Below are positions 25,104-35,436 of a stretch of 52,678 nucleotides of DNA, one piece after another. The position numbers and the translations under genes are program-made. Origin of the DNA: Candidatus Omnitrophota bacterium (lineage in GTDB: Bacteria; Omnitrophota; Gorgyraeia; Duberdicusellales; 4484-171); assembly GCA_043815185.1 (NCBI GenBank), contig JBDRJF010000013.1, positions 1 through 52,678 of the forward strand, given 5' to 3'. A model generated the notes under the pieces. It did not search any database, was not told the DNA's origin, and was given only the letters and a program-made list of their open reading frames with translations. Each line of letters begins with the position of its first letter. Position 1 is the stretch's first letter.

Positions 25104-27803
25104 TTAAAGGGATTTACTTTTATTCTTCTCTTTTATTACAATTTGGGCTGCGGCTAATCTGGCAATCGGCACCCTAAACGGAGAACAGCTTACATAATCA
25201 AGGCCGACTTTATGACAAAACTTAACCGACTCAGGATCTCCGCCATGCTCGCCGCATATACCGCACTTAAGTTTCTTATTCGTTTTCCGGCCTAAGTTTA
25301 CAGCTGTTTTTACAAGTTGCCCGACACCTTCCTGGTCAATTGTCTGAAAGGGATCATCGGATAAAATTTTCTTTTCTATGTATTCCGGCAGAAAGACTCC
25401 GGCATCGTCACGGCTGTAACCAAAAGTCATCTGGGTAAGGTCATTGGTCCCAAAAGAGAAAAACTCCGCTTTAGCAGCAACCTTATCGGCAACTAATGCT
25501 GCCCGGGGAATTTCAATCATTGTCCCTACCATATATTTTACTTTGGACCGTGACTTATCGATAATGCTCCCGGCTGTCTTGCGGACGATTTCTTCAAGAT
25601 ACTCAAATTCATTAGTTGTTCCAATAAGCGGAATCATGATTTCCGGAAGGACTTTAATCCCTTTCTTGGCCATATTGCAAGCTGCTTCAATAATCGCCGT
25701 TGTTTGCATCACACAAAGCTCAGGATAAGTAATTGACAATCGGCATCCGCGATGGCCAAGCATCGGGTTTAACTCATGTAATTTTTTAACCAGATTCTTT
25801 ACTTTTGCCGGTGAAATATTTAAGCGTTTGGCCATTTCTTTTTGCCCGGCTTGATCATTAGGCAAAAATTCATGCAGCGGCGGGTCGAGAAGCCGGATTG
25901 TTACCGGGAAACCATTCATTTCCCTGAAAATACCCTCAAAATCCTTTCGCTGATAAGGTAATAGTTTCTTAAGAGCCGCCTCTCTTGCTTTAAGATCCTG
26001 GGCTAAAATAAATTCACGAACAGCCCAGATTCTTTCTCCTTCAAAAAACATATGTTCGGTACGGGTAAGCCCGATACCTTCGGCACCTAATTTCCGGGCA
26101 GTCATTGAATCTTTAGGTGTATCGGCATTAGCCCGGACCTTAAGCTTTCGGTATTGATCGGCCCATTTCATTATCTGGACAAACATCTGGTAAATTGAGT
26201 TTTTCCTGGCAACAGGATTATTCTCGACAATTCCGGCAATTACCGGGCTGGTTGTGGATTTTACATGGCCCAACATAACTTCACCGGTTGAACCACTCAA
26301 TGAAATATAATCACCTTCGTTAATTATGATATTTCCAACTGTTATTTGTTTCTTAGGATAGTTGATATTTAAAGCGTTGCATCCGGCGACACAACATTTA
26401 CCCCAACCCCTGGCAACTACCGCCGCATGTGAAGTCATCCCGCCGGTTGAAGTTAATACCCCTTCGGCAGCATGCATCCCGGCTACATCTTCAGGGGAAG
26501 TTTCATGACGGACGAGTATGACCTTTTTCCCTTTTTTCTTCCAGGCTTCAGCATCATCGGCGGTAAATACAACGTGCCCTGAAACAGCACCGGGGCCGGC
26601 CGGAAGGCCTTTGGCTATTTTTTTAGTCTTGCTCATAGACACCGGGTCAAAAATCGGGAAAAGAAGCTGGTTGAGCTGTTCGCCTTCAACTCTCATCAGC
26701 GCTTCTTCGGGCTTAATCATTTTTTCTCCTACCATATCATAAGCAATCTTAACTGCCGCAAGCCCGGTACGCTTACCAGTACGTGTCTGAAGCATGAAAA
26801 GCCGGCCTTCCTGTATGGTAAATTCTACATCCTGCATGTCTCGATAGTGTTTCTCAAGTTTTTCCCTGATATCATCAAGCTGTTGATAAATTTTCGGCAT
26901 TTTTTTCCTAAGATGTTCTATCGGCTCGGGAGTTCTTATGCCGGCTACCACATCTTCACCCTGGGCATTAATAAGAAACTCACCAAAGAATTTATTTTCG
27001 CCGGTTGCGGGGTTACGTGTGAATGCTACACCGGTCCCCGAGGTATTACCCATATTTCCAAAAACCATAGCCTGAACATTAACAGCTGTGCCGAGAAGCC
27101 CGGTAATTTTATTTATTCTCCGGTAAATTACAGCTCTTTCCACATTCCATGAGCCAAATACAGCATTAACCGCAGCTGTCAGCTGCTCTTTTGCATCAGC
27201 CGGAAAAGGTTTTTTTACCTGCTTCTGGTAGACATTCTTATACTGCTGGACTAATTCCTTAAGCTGAGCGGCTGTAAGGTCATTATCCTGGGTTGCTTTA
27301 TACTTTTTCTTGATAAGGGTTAATTTCTCTTCAAAATGCTCGTGGTCAACACCCATAACCACATTTCCAAACATATCAACAAAACGCCGGTAGGCATCCC
27401 AGGCAAGACGCTGGTTTCCGGTTTTCTCTGCAAGGCCGATAACCACATTATCATTTAACCCCAGGTTAAGAACCGTATCCATCATCCCGGGCATTGAAAC
27501 AGCAGCACCGCTGCGCACTGAAACAAGCAGAGGGTTCACAGGGTCACCCAATTTTGCCTGCATGCTTTCCTCAAGCATAGCAATATTCGCATCGATTTGC
27601 TTCTGTAGTTCGGCCGGATATTTTTTCCCCTGCTTATAGTAATAATCGCAAGCTTCGGTTGAAATCGTGAATCCCGGAGGCACCGGTATCCCAATGCTGC
27701 ACATCTCAGCTAAATTCGCACCCTTGCCACCAAGAAGATTTTTCATTGTGGCATTACCATCAGACTTATCTTTACTGAAAAAATACACATACTTCTTGGC
27801 CAT
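25104..27803 (-). CDS. ppdK: Pyruvate, phosphate dikinase
   Basis: [24 protein letters not shown] (phospho-His), [10 protein letters not shown] and GICGEHGG motifs. Confidence 0.98.
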   Translation of the reverse strand: MAKKYVYFFSKDKSDGNATMKNLLGGKGANLAEMCSIGIPVPPGFTISTEACDYYYKQGKKYPAELQKQIDANIAMLEESMQAKLGDPVNPLLVSVRSGAAVSMPGMMDTVLNLGLNDNVVIGLAEKTGNQRLAWDAYRRFVDMFGNVVMGVDHEHFEEKLTLIKKKYKATQDNDLTAAQLKELVQQYKNVYQKQVKKPFPADAKEQLTAAVNAVFGSWNVERAVIYRRINKITGLLGTAVNVQAMVFGNMGNTSGTGVAFTRNPATGENKFFGEFLINAQGEDVVAGIRTPEPIEHLRKKMPKIYQQLDDIREKLEKHYRDMQDVEFTIQEGRLFMLQTRTGKRTGLAAVKIAYDMVGEKMIKPEEALMRVEGEQLNQLLFPIFDPVSMSKTKKIAKGLPAGPGAVSGHVVFTADDAEAWKKKGKKVILVRHETSPEDVAGMHAAEGVLTSTGGMTSHAAVVARGWGKCCVAGCNALNINYPKKQITVGNIIINEGDYISLSGSTGEVMLGHVKSTTSPVIAGIVENNPVARKNSIYQMFVQIMKWADQYRKLKVRANADTPKDSMTARKLGAEGIGLTRTEHMFFEGERIWAVREFILAQDLKAREAALKKLLPYQRKDFEGIFREMNGFPVTIRLLDPPLHEFLPNDQAGQKEMAKRLNISPAKVKNLVKKLHELNPMLGHRGCRLSITYPELCVMQTTAIIEAACNMAKKGIKVLPEIMIPLIGTTNEFEYLEEIVRKTAGSIIDKSRSKVKYMVGTMIEIPRAALVADKVAAKAEFFSFGTNDLTQMTFGYSRDDAGVFLPEYIEKKILSDDPFQTIDQEGVGQLVKTAVNLGRKTNKKLKCGICGEHGGDPESVKFCHKVGLDYVSCSPFRVPIARLAAAQIVIKEKNKSKSL

Positions 27804-27826
27804 TTTCCTTCTTTCCTCCTTCTAAA

Positions 27827-29179
27827 TTAATCAAACTTTATTTTATTCTTAAGAAACTCTTTGACTCGGCTGACTTCGATTCTCTCCTGACTCATGCTGT
27901 CTCGATGGCGAATGGTAACCTTTCCGTCGGTTAAGCTTTCTACATCAACGGTAACACAGAAAGGAGTTCCAATCTCATCTTGGCGGCGATAGAGCTTACC
28001 GATTGCTGCTGTATCATCGTAGGAGGCAGGCAATTCATTCTTTATATCACAAAAAACTTTTTTTGCAAGTTCAACTACCTCAGGTTTATTCTTAAGCAAG
28101 GGAAAAACTGCTGCTGAATAAGGGGCTAAATCCGGCTTCAGCTTTAAGACATTCCGTACCCTGCCCCTTACCTCTTCACAGTAAAAAGCATCAGAGATAC
28201 AGGCGAAGAAAGTCCGGTCTACGCCGGCTGAAGGTTCAATCACATAGGGAATAAACTTTTTACCGCCGGCTCCATCAAAGTAAGATAAATCTTTTTTACT
28301 TACTCTGGCGTGCTCACTTAAATCGAAATCCCCCCGGTTAGCTATTCCCTCCAGCTCGCTCCAGCCTCCGCCGGAGGCGGGAAATGGAAATTTAAACTCG
28401 ATATCGGTACAAGCCTTAGCATAGTGGGCCAGTTCATCTTTGGCGTGCTCTCTTAACCGCAAATTCTCCTTATTTAAACCAATTTTCTCAATATAGAAAT
28501 TAAATCTTTCCTTAATCCAATATTTATAAAACTTATCTGCCTCTTCAGGCTGAACAAAATATTCGATCTCCATCTGATCAAATTCTTTCATCCGAAATAT
28601 AAAACTGCCGGTAGTAACCTCATTCCTAAAGGCCTTACCGATTTGAGCTATACCTAAGGGAAGTTTTTTAGCTGTGGTATTGAGAACATTACTGAAGTTT
28701 ACGAATATTCCTTGGGCGGTTTCAGGACGCAAATAAGCATAGCTAGGCTCATCCTCAGTAGCACTGATATTAGTCTTAAGCATCAGGTTGAACTTCCGGG
28801 GTTTAATCTTCTTAATATCAATTGCTTGCTTACACTCGGCGCACTTGTAGTGGCCTTCAGCTGTCTTTGTCAGCTTATCAACCCGGAACCGTTTCTTACA
28901 GTACGGGCAATCAACTAAGGAATCAGTAAATCCGCTAAGATGCCCGGAAGCTTTAAAGACCTGCTCGGGCATGATTATACTGCTATCTAAGCCAACAATA
29001 TCGGATCTTTTTTCTACGTACTCCTTCCACCAGATGTCTTTAATCCGTTTCTTAAGCCTGGCTCCTAGGGGGCCGTAATCCCAAATGCTAGAAAGGCCTC
29101 CGTAAATCTCCGAGCCGCCAAAGATGAATCCCCTTCTTTTACATAGAGATACTATTTTTGCTAATTTATCCTGACTCAT
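27827..29179 (-). CDS. glyQS: Glycine--tRNA ligase (alpha2 type)
   Basis: LCKRRGF, YLRPETAQGIF, GKAFRNE, ELEGIANRGDFDL and YRRQDEIGTP motifs. Confidence 0.97.
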   Translation of the reverse strand: MSQDKLAKIVSLCKRRGFIFGGSEIYGGLSSIWDYGPLGARLKKRIKDIWWKEYVEKRSDIVGLDSSIIMPEQVFKASGHLSGFTDSLVDCPYCKKRFRVDKLTKTAEGHYKCAECKQAIDIKKIKPRKFNLMLKTNISATEDEPSYAYLRPETAQGIFVNFSNVLNTTAKKLPLGIAQIGKAFRNEVTTGSFIFRMKEFDQMEIEYFVQPEEADKFYKYWIKERFNFYIEKIGLNKENLRLREHAKDELAHYAKACTDIEFKFPFPASGGGWSELEGIANRGDFDLSEHARVSKKDLSYFDGAGGKKFIPYVIEPSAGVDRTFFACISDAFYCEEVRGRVRNVLKLKPDLAPYSAAVFPLLKNKPEVVELAKKVFCDIKNELPASYDDTAAIGKLYRRQDEIGTPFCVTVDVESLTDGKVTIRHRDSMSQERIEVSRVKEFLKNKIKFD

Positions 29180-29200
29180 TTTAGGCTATTGGTATAATCT

Positions 29201-29329
29201 TCAGGTATAATTTCTATTAAGATTATACCTGATTACAGTGATTATTAATTGATTACAACGATTAATTAATCTATGTAATCTTTTTTTAATCTGTGTAATC
29301 AGATATCCTATAATCCTTATAGGATATCT
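29201..29329. repeat. Cluster of AT-rich inverted repeats upstream of glyQS
   Basis: TCAGGTATAAT/ATTATACCTGA; two nested GATTACA.../...TGTAATC pairs; AGATATCCTATA/TATAGGATATCT. Confidence 0.65.
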
Positions 29330-29422
29330 ATTATACTCTAAAAACTGGTTTTTTTAAGAGAAATTTTCTGTATAACCAGCGGGTTATTCCGGCAGTTTAC
29401 AAAAGTCCTTTAGCTTTGACTT

Positions 29423-30208
29423 TTAATCTACAGCTTGACTGCTCATCAACTCCTTTATCTTAGCATTGGCTGCCTTATATCTATCTGAAGGCTTAGGGTG
29501 ACTACGGAGAAATACCGGTATAGCACTCATAGCGTACTGCTTTTCAATTTCCCCAAACCGTTCAAAAACCAGAAGCGCAGCTTTAGGATCAAATCCGGCC
29601 TGATAAGCATAAGTAACTCCCAAAGAATCAGCCTGATATTCATCCTTGCGGGAAAAACCCAAACTAACATATTTATCCACCTCAGCAATTAAATCACCAA
29701 CGGCCTGTTGATTGGGCTGGCCAGATAAAACTGCCATAATTAACTTTAAGCCAAAAACAGCTTGGAATCGTTTAAAGCCGTGCCGGGCGCAAATGTGACC
29801 AGCCTCATGGGCTATAACAAACGACAATTCCGGCTCAGAAAAGGTATCAACTAACCCTTTATTCACAAAAATATGCCCGCCTAAAAGAGCATAAGCATTT
29901 ATCTCCTCACTATCAATGACATAAAAGTTATAATCGAGGTAATTACGGTGGCTGACAGCAACTACTTTTTCACCGATTTCCCTTAGGTAAGCTAAACTTT
30001 CGGGATCATTAACCATCTTGGTTTGAGCAATTAGTTGCTTAACCAAGGTCTTACCAAGACTAACTTCACACTTCTCATTAAAAAGGTGCCGCTCTCTTTT
30101 GCCGGTGGCCGGATTATATAGACTTATGCAACCGATAAGAAAAATCGTGATCAAAGCTATAATCAGGATATTTTTGGAACTTCTCGATTTCGCCTGTTTC
30201 TTAATCAA
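29423..30208 (-). CDS. M48 family metallopeptidase, probable lipoprotein
   Basis: LIGC lipobox; INAYALLGG, AHEAGH (HExxH), EYQAD and SHP motifs. Confidence 0.9.
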   Translation of the reverse strand: MIKKQAKSRSSKNILIIALITIFLIGCISLYNPATGKRERHLFNEKCEVSLGKTLVKQLIAQTKMVNDPESLAYLREIGEKVVAVSHRNYLDYNFYVIDSEEINAYALLGGHIFVNKGLVDTFSEPELSFVIAHEAGHICARHGFKRFQAVFGLKLIMAVLSGQPNQQAVGDLIAEVDKYVSLGFSRKDEYQADSLGVTYAYQAGFDPKAALLVFERFGEIEKQYAMSAIPVFLRSHPKPSDRYKAANAKIKELMSSQAVD

Positions 30209-30974
30209 TATCCTCCTCTACTACCTCTATTTCATCAGGGCCGTTAACAATAACCTCTGGCCCATTATACTCCCGAATCCTGCCAATTACACCTATCCTC
30301 TTCTGGTTATAAAAACTCATTGGATCAATACCTTTTTGGCTAAAAGCCTGAAGAACATTATTAAAAATTACTACTGTAAAATCGTTTTTATAATTTTGGC
30401 CAAAATTTAAATATACACATTTCGCTGACTTATAGGTACTCACCACTCTACCCTCGATTCGCCTTATCTGGCCAATATATTGATTAGCCTGGGTGTGATC
30501 AATAGTTAGAAAGCTACTCCAGAGGCCTTTACCCAATCTTCGGGCTTTATCTTGAGATTCAACAAATAAATCAACATACTTTAGGTTAGGAGGCCAGGTG
30601 TATAGAACCGCATAGCCCTCTTCGATGAGTTTTGCGTTCACAAAGATATCGTCAACAAAACAATACCCCAGAAGCCGGCCGTAGCGATCAGTCTTTTCAA
30701 TATCAAATTCGATCCGGATGTTTTTCCCTTCGACCAGCTTACGGTTAAATTCTTTAGCTTCTAAGCTAAAAGGTGTAGGCGAGTAGGTGAAACTGCCATC
30801 AACTGCCTTAATCCTCACCTCAGGAGTATCCAGGCCAATGTAACGCAAGAGCCTTCCGTTAGAAAGTTTAAGGGTATCTCCGTCAACAGCTTCTAAAGCT
30901 TTTATTTGGGAATAATCAGGCTGATTACAGGAGAGAATAAAAAGAAGGCATAAGAAAACTGTTCTTTTTATCAC
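30201..30974 (-). CDS. Thermonuclease (SNase) family lipoprotein with C-terminal OB-fold
   Basis: ILSC lipobox; VDGDT, RYIGLDTPE and DRYGRLL motifs; C-terminal YLNFG...FTVVIF...GPEV. Confidence 0.9.
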   Translation of the reverse strand: MIKRTVFLCLLFILSCNQPDYSQIKALEAVDGDTLKLSNGRLLRYIGLDTPEVRIKAVDGSFTYSPTPFSLEAKEFNRKLVEGKNIRIEFDIEKTDRYGRLLGYCFVDDIFVNAKLIEEGYAVLYTWPPNLKYVDLFVESQDKARRLGKGLWSSFLTIDHTQANQYIGQIRRIEGRVVSTYKSAKCVYLNFGQNYKNDFTVVIFNNVLQAFSQKGIDPMSFYNQKRIGVIGRIREYNGPEVIVNGPDEIEVVEEDID

Positions 30975-31342
30975 TGCAAGGCTGCGACTAATTTTAAAAA
31001 GATTTTCTGGGCAAATTGGGTTTTGGGCATAAAATACTGACGGGCCGTTACTTTTAGCCGCTGGGAATCAGTACCAACGCTATTTACCTTTACAGTTATG
31101 CTATGCTCAGAGAGCTTAGCTTTTATCAGCCCCCTGGATTCATTAGAATAGAGTATCTCTGCCTCCATTGTTGTGAGTACATCTAAGCAGAGATCCCACA
31201 ATACCCGGTACTCTGCCTTTACATTTCCGCTAGCTGAGGCATTACTTAAACTATAACCGGTTACTACACCGGCACCAATGATAACCGGAAGACACCCGGC
31301 TATCAGCAAAAGACACAACCCTAAACTAATTATTTTTATCAT
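30971..31342 (-). CDS. Putative lipoprotein (DUF3568-like)
   Basis: IAGC lipobox followed by Gly/Ala-rich IIGAGVVTGY and a small alpha/beta domain. Confidence 0.6.
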   Translation of the reverse strand: MIKIISLGLCLLLIAGCLPVIIGAGVVTGYSLSNASASGNVKAEYRVLWDLCLDVLTTMEAEILYSNESRGLIKAKLSEHSITVKVNSVGTDSQRLKVTARQYFMPKTQFAQKIFLKLVAALQ

Positions 31343-31407
31343 TGCTTAACTCCTTTATATTAACTATAGCAAATTTTTCTTTTTTTGCAAGCATTGTTGA
31401 TAGAAAA

Positions 31408-32034
31408 TTATTGCCTGAGGTGAGGAAGTGAAATATCTAAATTATCTAAATCTCTGAGCAATTGATTAAGATTAGTGAATTGCAGGCATTGTAAGTTAAA
31501 ATCCTTAGCTTTCGTAATCAAATCCTTACGGTCATCAATATAAATTATATTTTCAAACTCGGTAGCCGCAATATCGCTTAAGGCCTGATAAATGGCTTTT
31601 TCCGGTTTAACTGATTTAATTTTGTAGGAGAGAATCCACGCCCTAAAGTGGCCAAAGACTTGCGGATATGTTTGATAAAGATAGTCGAAATGAAGCTGAT
31701 TTATATTCGAGATAAGATATAAAGGATAAGCGCGCTTAAGCGCGCTTACTAAAGTAATTACCTCCTCCTTGGGTGAAAATATCTTACACCAGACATCAGC
31801 AAAGTACTCATAACTTAAAGAAGCTCCAAAAGTGTCATTAAAGTAAACGTGAAAGGCCCGGGAACTGACTAATCCTTTTTCAAAGCTTAAACCAAAATCA
31901 TTTTCAAAAAGCTCTTTAATTACCCGCGCGACCGGTACGCTGATTTTATCTTTAATCTTGGCTAAAGCAATACTGTAGTCAAAATCAAAAAGAACCCGTC
32001 CTAAATCAAAAGCAAGTACTTGTTTTTTCTCCAT
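31408..32034 (-). CDS. HAD-superfamily hydrolase (YihX-like)
   Basis: FDLGRV, ISN, KP and IDD motifs. Confidence 0.88.
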   Translation of the reverse strand: MEKKQVLAFDLGRVLFDFDYSIALAKIKDKISVPVARVIKELFENDFGLSFEKGLVSSRAFHVYFNDTFGASLSYEYFADVWCKIFSPKEEVITLVSALKRAYPLYLISNINQLHFDYLYQTYPQVFGHFRAWILSYKIKSVKPEKAIYQALSDIAATEFENIIYIDDRKDLITKAKDFNLQCLQFTNLNQLLRDLDNLDISLPHLRQ

Positions 32035-32036
32035 AA

Positions 32037-32966
32037 CTAATCCTTTAAAAAAGATTGCGCGCTTTTAATCAGGCTTTCTCTGGCCTTAAAAGGCGCTTTA
32101 AACCCTAAAGACTTTATTCTTGCTAAACTATAAACTCTGTCTTTAGAAAAGAAACTTATTTTTCTGCCAATAGAAGGTAGACTTATTACTATTGGCTTTA
32201 ACCAAGCCGGGAGATTAGGTAGTGTCTTTACCTTTAACGCTCCGGCAAAAGCATCAAATACCTCTCTTACCGCAAGAACCTCTTCATCACCAACAAAAAA
32301 AGAACCTTCTAAAGCCTCTTCTTTATCCAATAAAAAAATCATTGCTTCTGCAACATTCTTCACATAACCAAGATGCAATTTAGCCTTTCCCTTATCAATT
32401 AAAGGAAAAAGCCTATACTTAGTAATAAAGAGCAAAACTTTCAGTATATGAGGTTCGTTTTCTCCATAGACCATGGGAGGACGAACAATCACTATATTCA
32501 AACCTTTTTCTCTATACTTAAGAATTACTTTTTCAGCTTCAATCTTAGACTCACCATAGATATTAGTAGCTTTAAAGGGTAGGTCTTCAATAAGAGGCAC
32601 TTGCGGGTTTCCGCTTACAACAGATACTGAGCTAGTATAAATAAGCCTCTCTACTCCTAAAGATAGTGCTAGTTCACAGATGTTCTCGCTGCCTAATACA
32701 TTAACCCTATGAAGCAGGTTAAGGTTTTTATTCTCTACATAGGCAGCATTATGAAATATAACGTCGATTTTATAATTGAGGAGTTTGTTTAAGGAAGCCT
32801 TATCAGTGATATCACCATAGATAAGCCTTACCCCAAAAGGTTCTAAGGCTTTTGCTTTTTGGGGGTTTCTTACCAGACCGAAAAGAGTGCATCCGCCCTG
32901 CTTAAAGAGGCTCTCCACTAAATTCTTACCAATAAACCCAGTAGCTCCGGTTATTAATATATTCAC
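32037..32966 (-). CDS. NAD-dependent epimerase/dehydratase (extended SDR)
   Basis: TGATGFIG, HNAA and YGESK motifs. Confidence 0.9.
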   Translation of the reverse strand: MNILITGATGFIGKNLVESLFKQGGCTLFGLVRNPQKAKALEPFGVRLIYGDITDKASLNKLLNYKIDVIFHNAAYVENKNLNLLHRVNVLGSENICELALSLGVERLIYTSSVSVVSGNPQVPLIEDLPFKATNIYGESKIEAEKVILKYREKGLNIVIVRPPMVYGENEPHILKVLLFITKYRLFPLIDKGKAKLHLGYVKNVAEAMIFLLDKEEALEGSFFVGDEEVLAVREVFDAFAGALKVKTLPNLPAWLKPIVISLPSIGRKISFFSKDRVYSLARIKSLGFKAPFKARESLIKSAQSFLKD

Positions 32967-33922
32967 AATTTATCTTCTCTCTCTTTCAAAATTTTGTCAA
33001 TTTTCTTCAAATCTTCCTCGGAGATCTTCCAACCAAGGCTACCTAAGTTATCATATAGCTGAGTGAGTTTTCTGGTTCCGGCAATGGCTGAAGTTATTCC
33101 TTTCTGGTTGTAGTTCCAATTTAATACTAATTGAGCTAAAGTTTTTCGATACTTATCAGCTACCTTTTTTAATTTAAGAAGAGTTGTTTTATTTATTGAA
33201 AAACACGGCTCTTCTAGCTCTTGTTTCTTCATCTTGCGATTAATATCACTGGGAACCTTTGCCCCATCTAAGAAAAACTTCCCGGTTAATAACCCGCTAT
33301 ACAAAGGAGCGTAAGTAATGATCCCCAGTGAATTTTCTAAACAATAGGGTATTATATCTTCCTCAATGCTCCGTTCGAACATGCTATATTCCGGCTGCAG
33401 ACAATGCAGCGGTGAGTATTTTTTAAATTCCTGAATTTGGGCTAAGGAATAGTTGCTTACTCCGATTGCTTTGATTAGGCCGTCCTGGTAAAATTTATAC
33501 ATTTGCTCAGCAGTTTCAGCGATCGAAGTATTGGGATCAGGCCAATGTACCTGATAAAGATCAAAGTAATCAGTTTTAAGACGTTTTCGGGAAATATCTA
33601 GCTCTTCCCTCATCCGCTTGGAAGATAAATCATGCAAGATATCCCTACCTCGCCAGCTCAGCCCCAACTTAGTGGCTAAAATTATATTCTTGCGTAGTTT
33701 ACTCTTGGCAATAAATGAGCCGATAACTTCTTCGGCGTGTCCCCGGCCATATACCGGAGCCGTATCAATAAAATTTACCCCTCTCCTTATTGTTTCCTCT
33801 AATACCGATAAGGAATCTTTATCTTCTTGATGCCCCCACCACTTATCCCCGCCAAAAGCCCAGGTACCCAGGCAAATTACTGATACCTCAAGCGAAGAAC
33901 TTCCTAACTTCCGATATTCCAT
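32963..33922 (-). CDS. Aldo/keto reductase
   Basis: LGTWAFGG, IDTAPVYG, ATK, DLYQVHWPD and IGVSN motifs. The start is placed at MEYRKLG (33922). Confidence 0.92.
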   Translation of the reverse strand: MEYRKLGSSSLEVSVICLGTWAFGGDKWWGHQEDKDSLSVLEETIRRGVNFIDTAPVYGRGHAEEVIGSFIAKSKLRKNIILATKLGLSWRGRDILHDLSSKRMREELDISRKRLKTDYFDLYQVHWPDPNTSIAETAEQMYKFYQDGLIKAIGVSNYSLAQIQEFKKYSPLHCLQPEYSMFERSIEEDIIPYCLENSLGIITYAPLYSGLLTGKFFLDGAKVPSDINRKMKKQELEEPCFSINKTTLLKLKKVADKYRKTLAQLVLNWNYNQKGITSAIAGTRKLTQLYDNLGSLGWKISEEDLKKIDKILKEREDKL

Positions 33923-33935
33923 AGGTTTCCCATTA

Positions 33936-35435
33936 TTAAAAGTAAAGGTCACGCGCACCCTGCTCAATCCGCTGATAATACTCTTTAAGTTTTGGGTAAA
34001 TTTTTGGTATTGAAAACTTTATTTCTTCTAACTCTCTTTTGATAACCTTCTCACCTTCCTTTTGAGTTTGGCCAGTAGCAAAATCATCCAGCCATTCTCT
34101 GAAGGTAAGTACCGCATTTAACTTGCAAAACTTACCCTCTTCTCCAGTCTTTAAAAGTTCCATGATGCACTTTCCGGTTCTTCCGCAGCGGTAACCAGCC
34201 GTACAAAAAGAAGTAATATATCCTAAAGAAGCTAATTCTCTTATTAATTCGTCTAAACTGCGGGTATCGCCTAAGAAAAATTGCTGTCGTTTACCTTCCT
34301 GCTCAGCATAACGGTCACTGTAAGCACCGATTCCAATCCGGGTCGAAGCATCAGTTTGAGTACAGCCCAGGGGGATAGTTTCTCTTCGTATTCGGGCACT
34401 TTCCCGAGCAGTAAGGATCATTCCGGCATGGGGTATGGCTAATCTGATAACTATAATTAACTTTTTAAAATCCTGATCACTAACCTTATAGCCTGACTCC
34501 TGGGTAAAGGGTGTATTAGCCGCTGGTTCAAGCCGCGGGAAAGAAATTGTATGAGGGCCTACACCAAAACGGTTCTCCAGCTCCCGGGAATGCAGGAGAA
34601 GGCTTAAGACTTCGAACCGCCAATCGTAAAGACCGAAAAGAACACCAATACCGACATCATCAATTCCAGCCTCAAAAGCCCGATGCATACAATATAATCT
34701 CCACTTATAATCTGCCTTAAGCGTCCCTTGAGGATGAGCCTTTTGGTAGGTCTTGGGATGATAAGTCTCCTGAAACACCTGATAAGTACCGATGCCGGCT
34801 TGCTTAAGCTGCTTAAGATCTTTGCTCGACAAAGGAGCAGCATTAACATTAACCCGACGAATCTGGCCATAGCCTCTTTTAGTCTTAGCCTTTACTCCAT
34901 AAATTGTTTCAATAGTTGAAGCCATATAATCTATATCGGTCCGGGGATGTTCTCCGTAAACTACGATTAGCCGTTTATGTCCGATTTGACCAGCTAAAAC
35001 CTCGGTTTCTCTCCTTACCTCATCCTGGCTAAGGACTTTTCTTTGAACCTGTAAATTATCTCTTCGAAATCCGCAGTAAAGACAATTATTTAGGCAAAGA
35101 TTGCCTAGGTATAAAGGGGCAAAGGTAACAATTCGATTATCGTAGACCTTTTTTTTAACTTCCCCGGCAACTTCAGCCATCTGATCCCAAAGCTCTTTAT
35201 CTTCAACTCTCAGCAGGGTTGCCGTCTGGTCCAGGGTCAAAGTCTGGATAGCTAAGGACTTAGCCAAGATATCCTTAACCTCCCGGTAAGAAGCTTTAGA
35301 TTTAGAGGCTAAAGCCCGATTAATTGATTCCTGATCGATAAAGTGTCGGCCCTTATTCAGGTATTTCTCTACCTCAGCTGGTTTTATCTGATTTCCAGCC
35401 CAGGAATCTAAAGTGTTGGTCTTAATCAGCATCAA
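33936..35435 (-). CDS. hydG: [FeFe]-hydrogenase maturase HydG (radical SAM tyrosine lyase)
   Basis: RIVTFAPLY..N.CLNNCLYC, IRRVNVN, GIGTYQVFQETY, GIDDVGIG, GVGPHTISFPR and C-terminal SFCTAGYRC-X19-CKLNA (auxiliary-cluster domain, absent from ThiH). Confidence 0.92.
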   Translation of the reverse strand: MMLIKTNTLDSWAGNQIKPAEVEKYLNKGRHFIDQESINRALASKSKASYREVKDILAKSLAIQTLTLDQTATLLRVEDKELWDQMAEVAGEVKKKVYDNRIVTFAPLYLGNLCLNNCLYCGFRRDNLQVQRKVLSQDEVRRETEVLAGQIGHKRLIVVYGEHPRTDIDYMASTIETIYGVKAKTKRGYGQIRRVNVNAAPLSSKDLKQLKQAGIGTYQVFQETYHPKTYQKAHPQGTLKADYKWRLYCMHRAFEAGIDDVGIGVLFGLYDWRFEVLSLLLHSRELENRFGVGPHTISFPRLEPAANTPFTQESGYKVSDQDFKKLIIVIRLAIPHAGMILTARESARIRRETIPLGCTQTDASTRIGIGAYSDRYAEQEGKRQQFFLGDTRSLDELIRELASLGYITSFCTAGYRCGRTGKCIMELLKTGEEGKFCKLNAVLTFREWLDDFATGQTQKEGEKVIKRELEEIKFSIPKIYPKLKEYYQRIEQGARDLYF

Positions 35436-35436
35436 A

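Noticed and set aside
29180-29420. T-box or glycine riboswitch upstream of glyQS
   Set aside because: No T-box consensus, specifier loop or glycine aptamer motifs could be seen.
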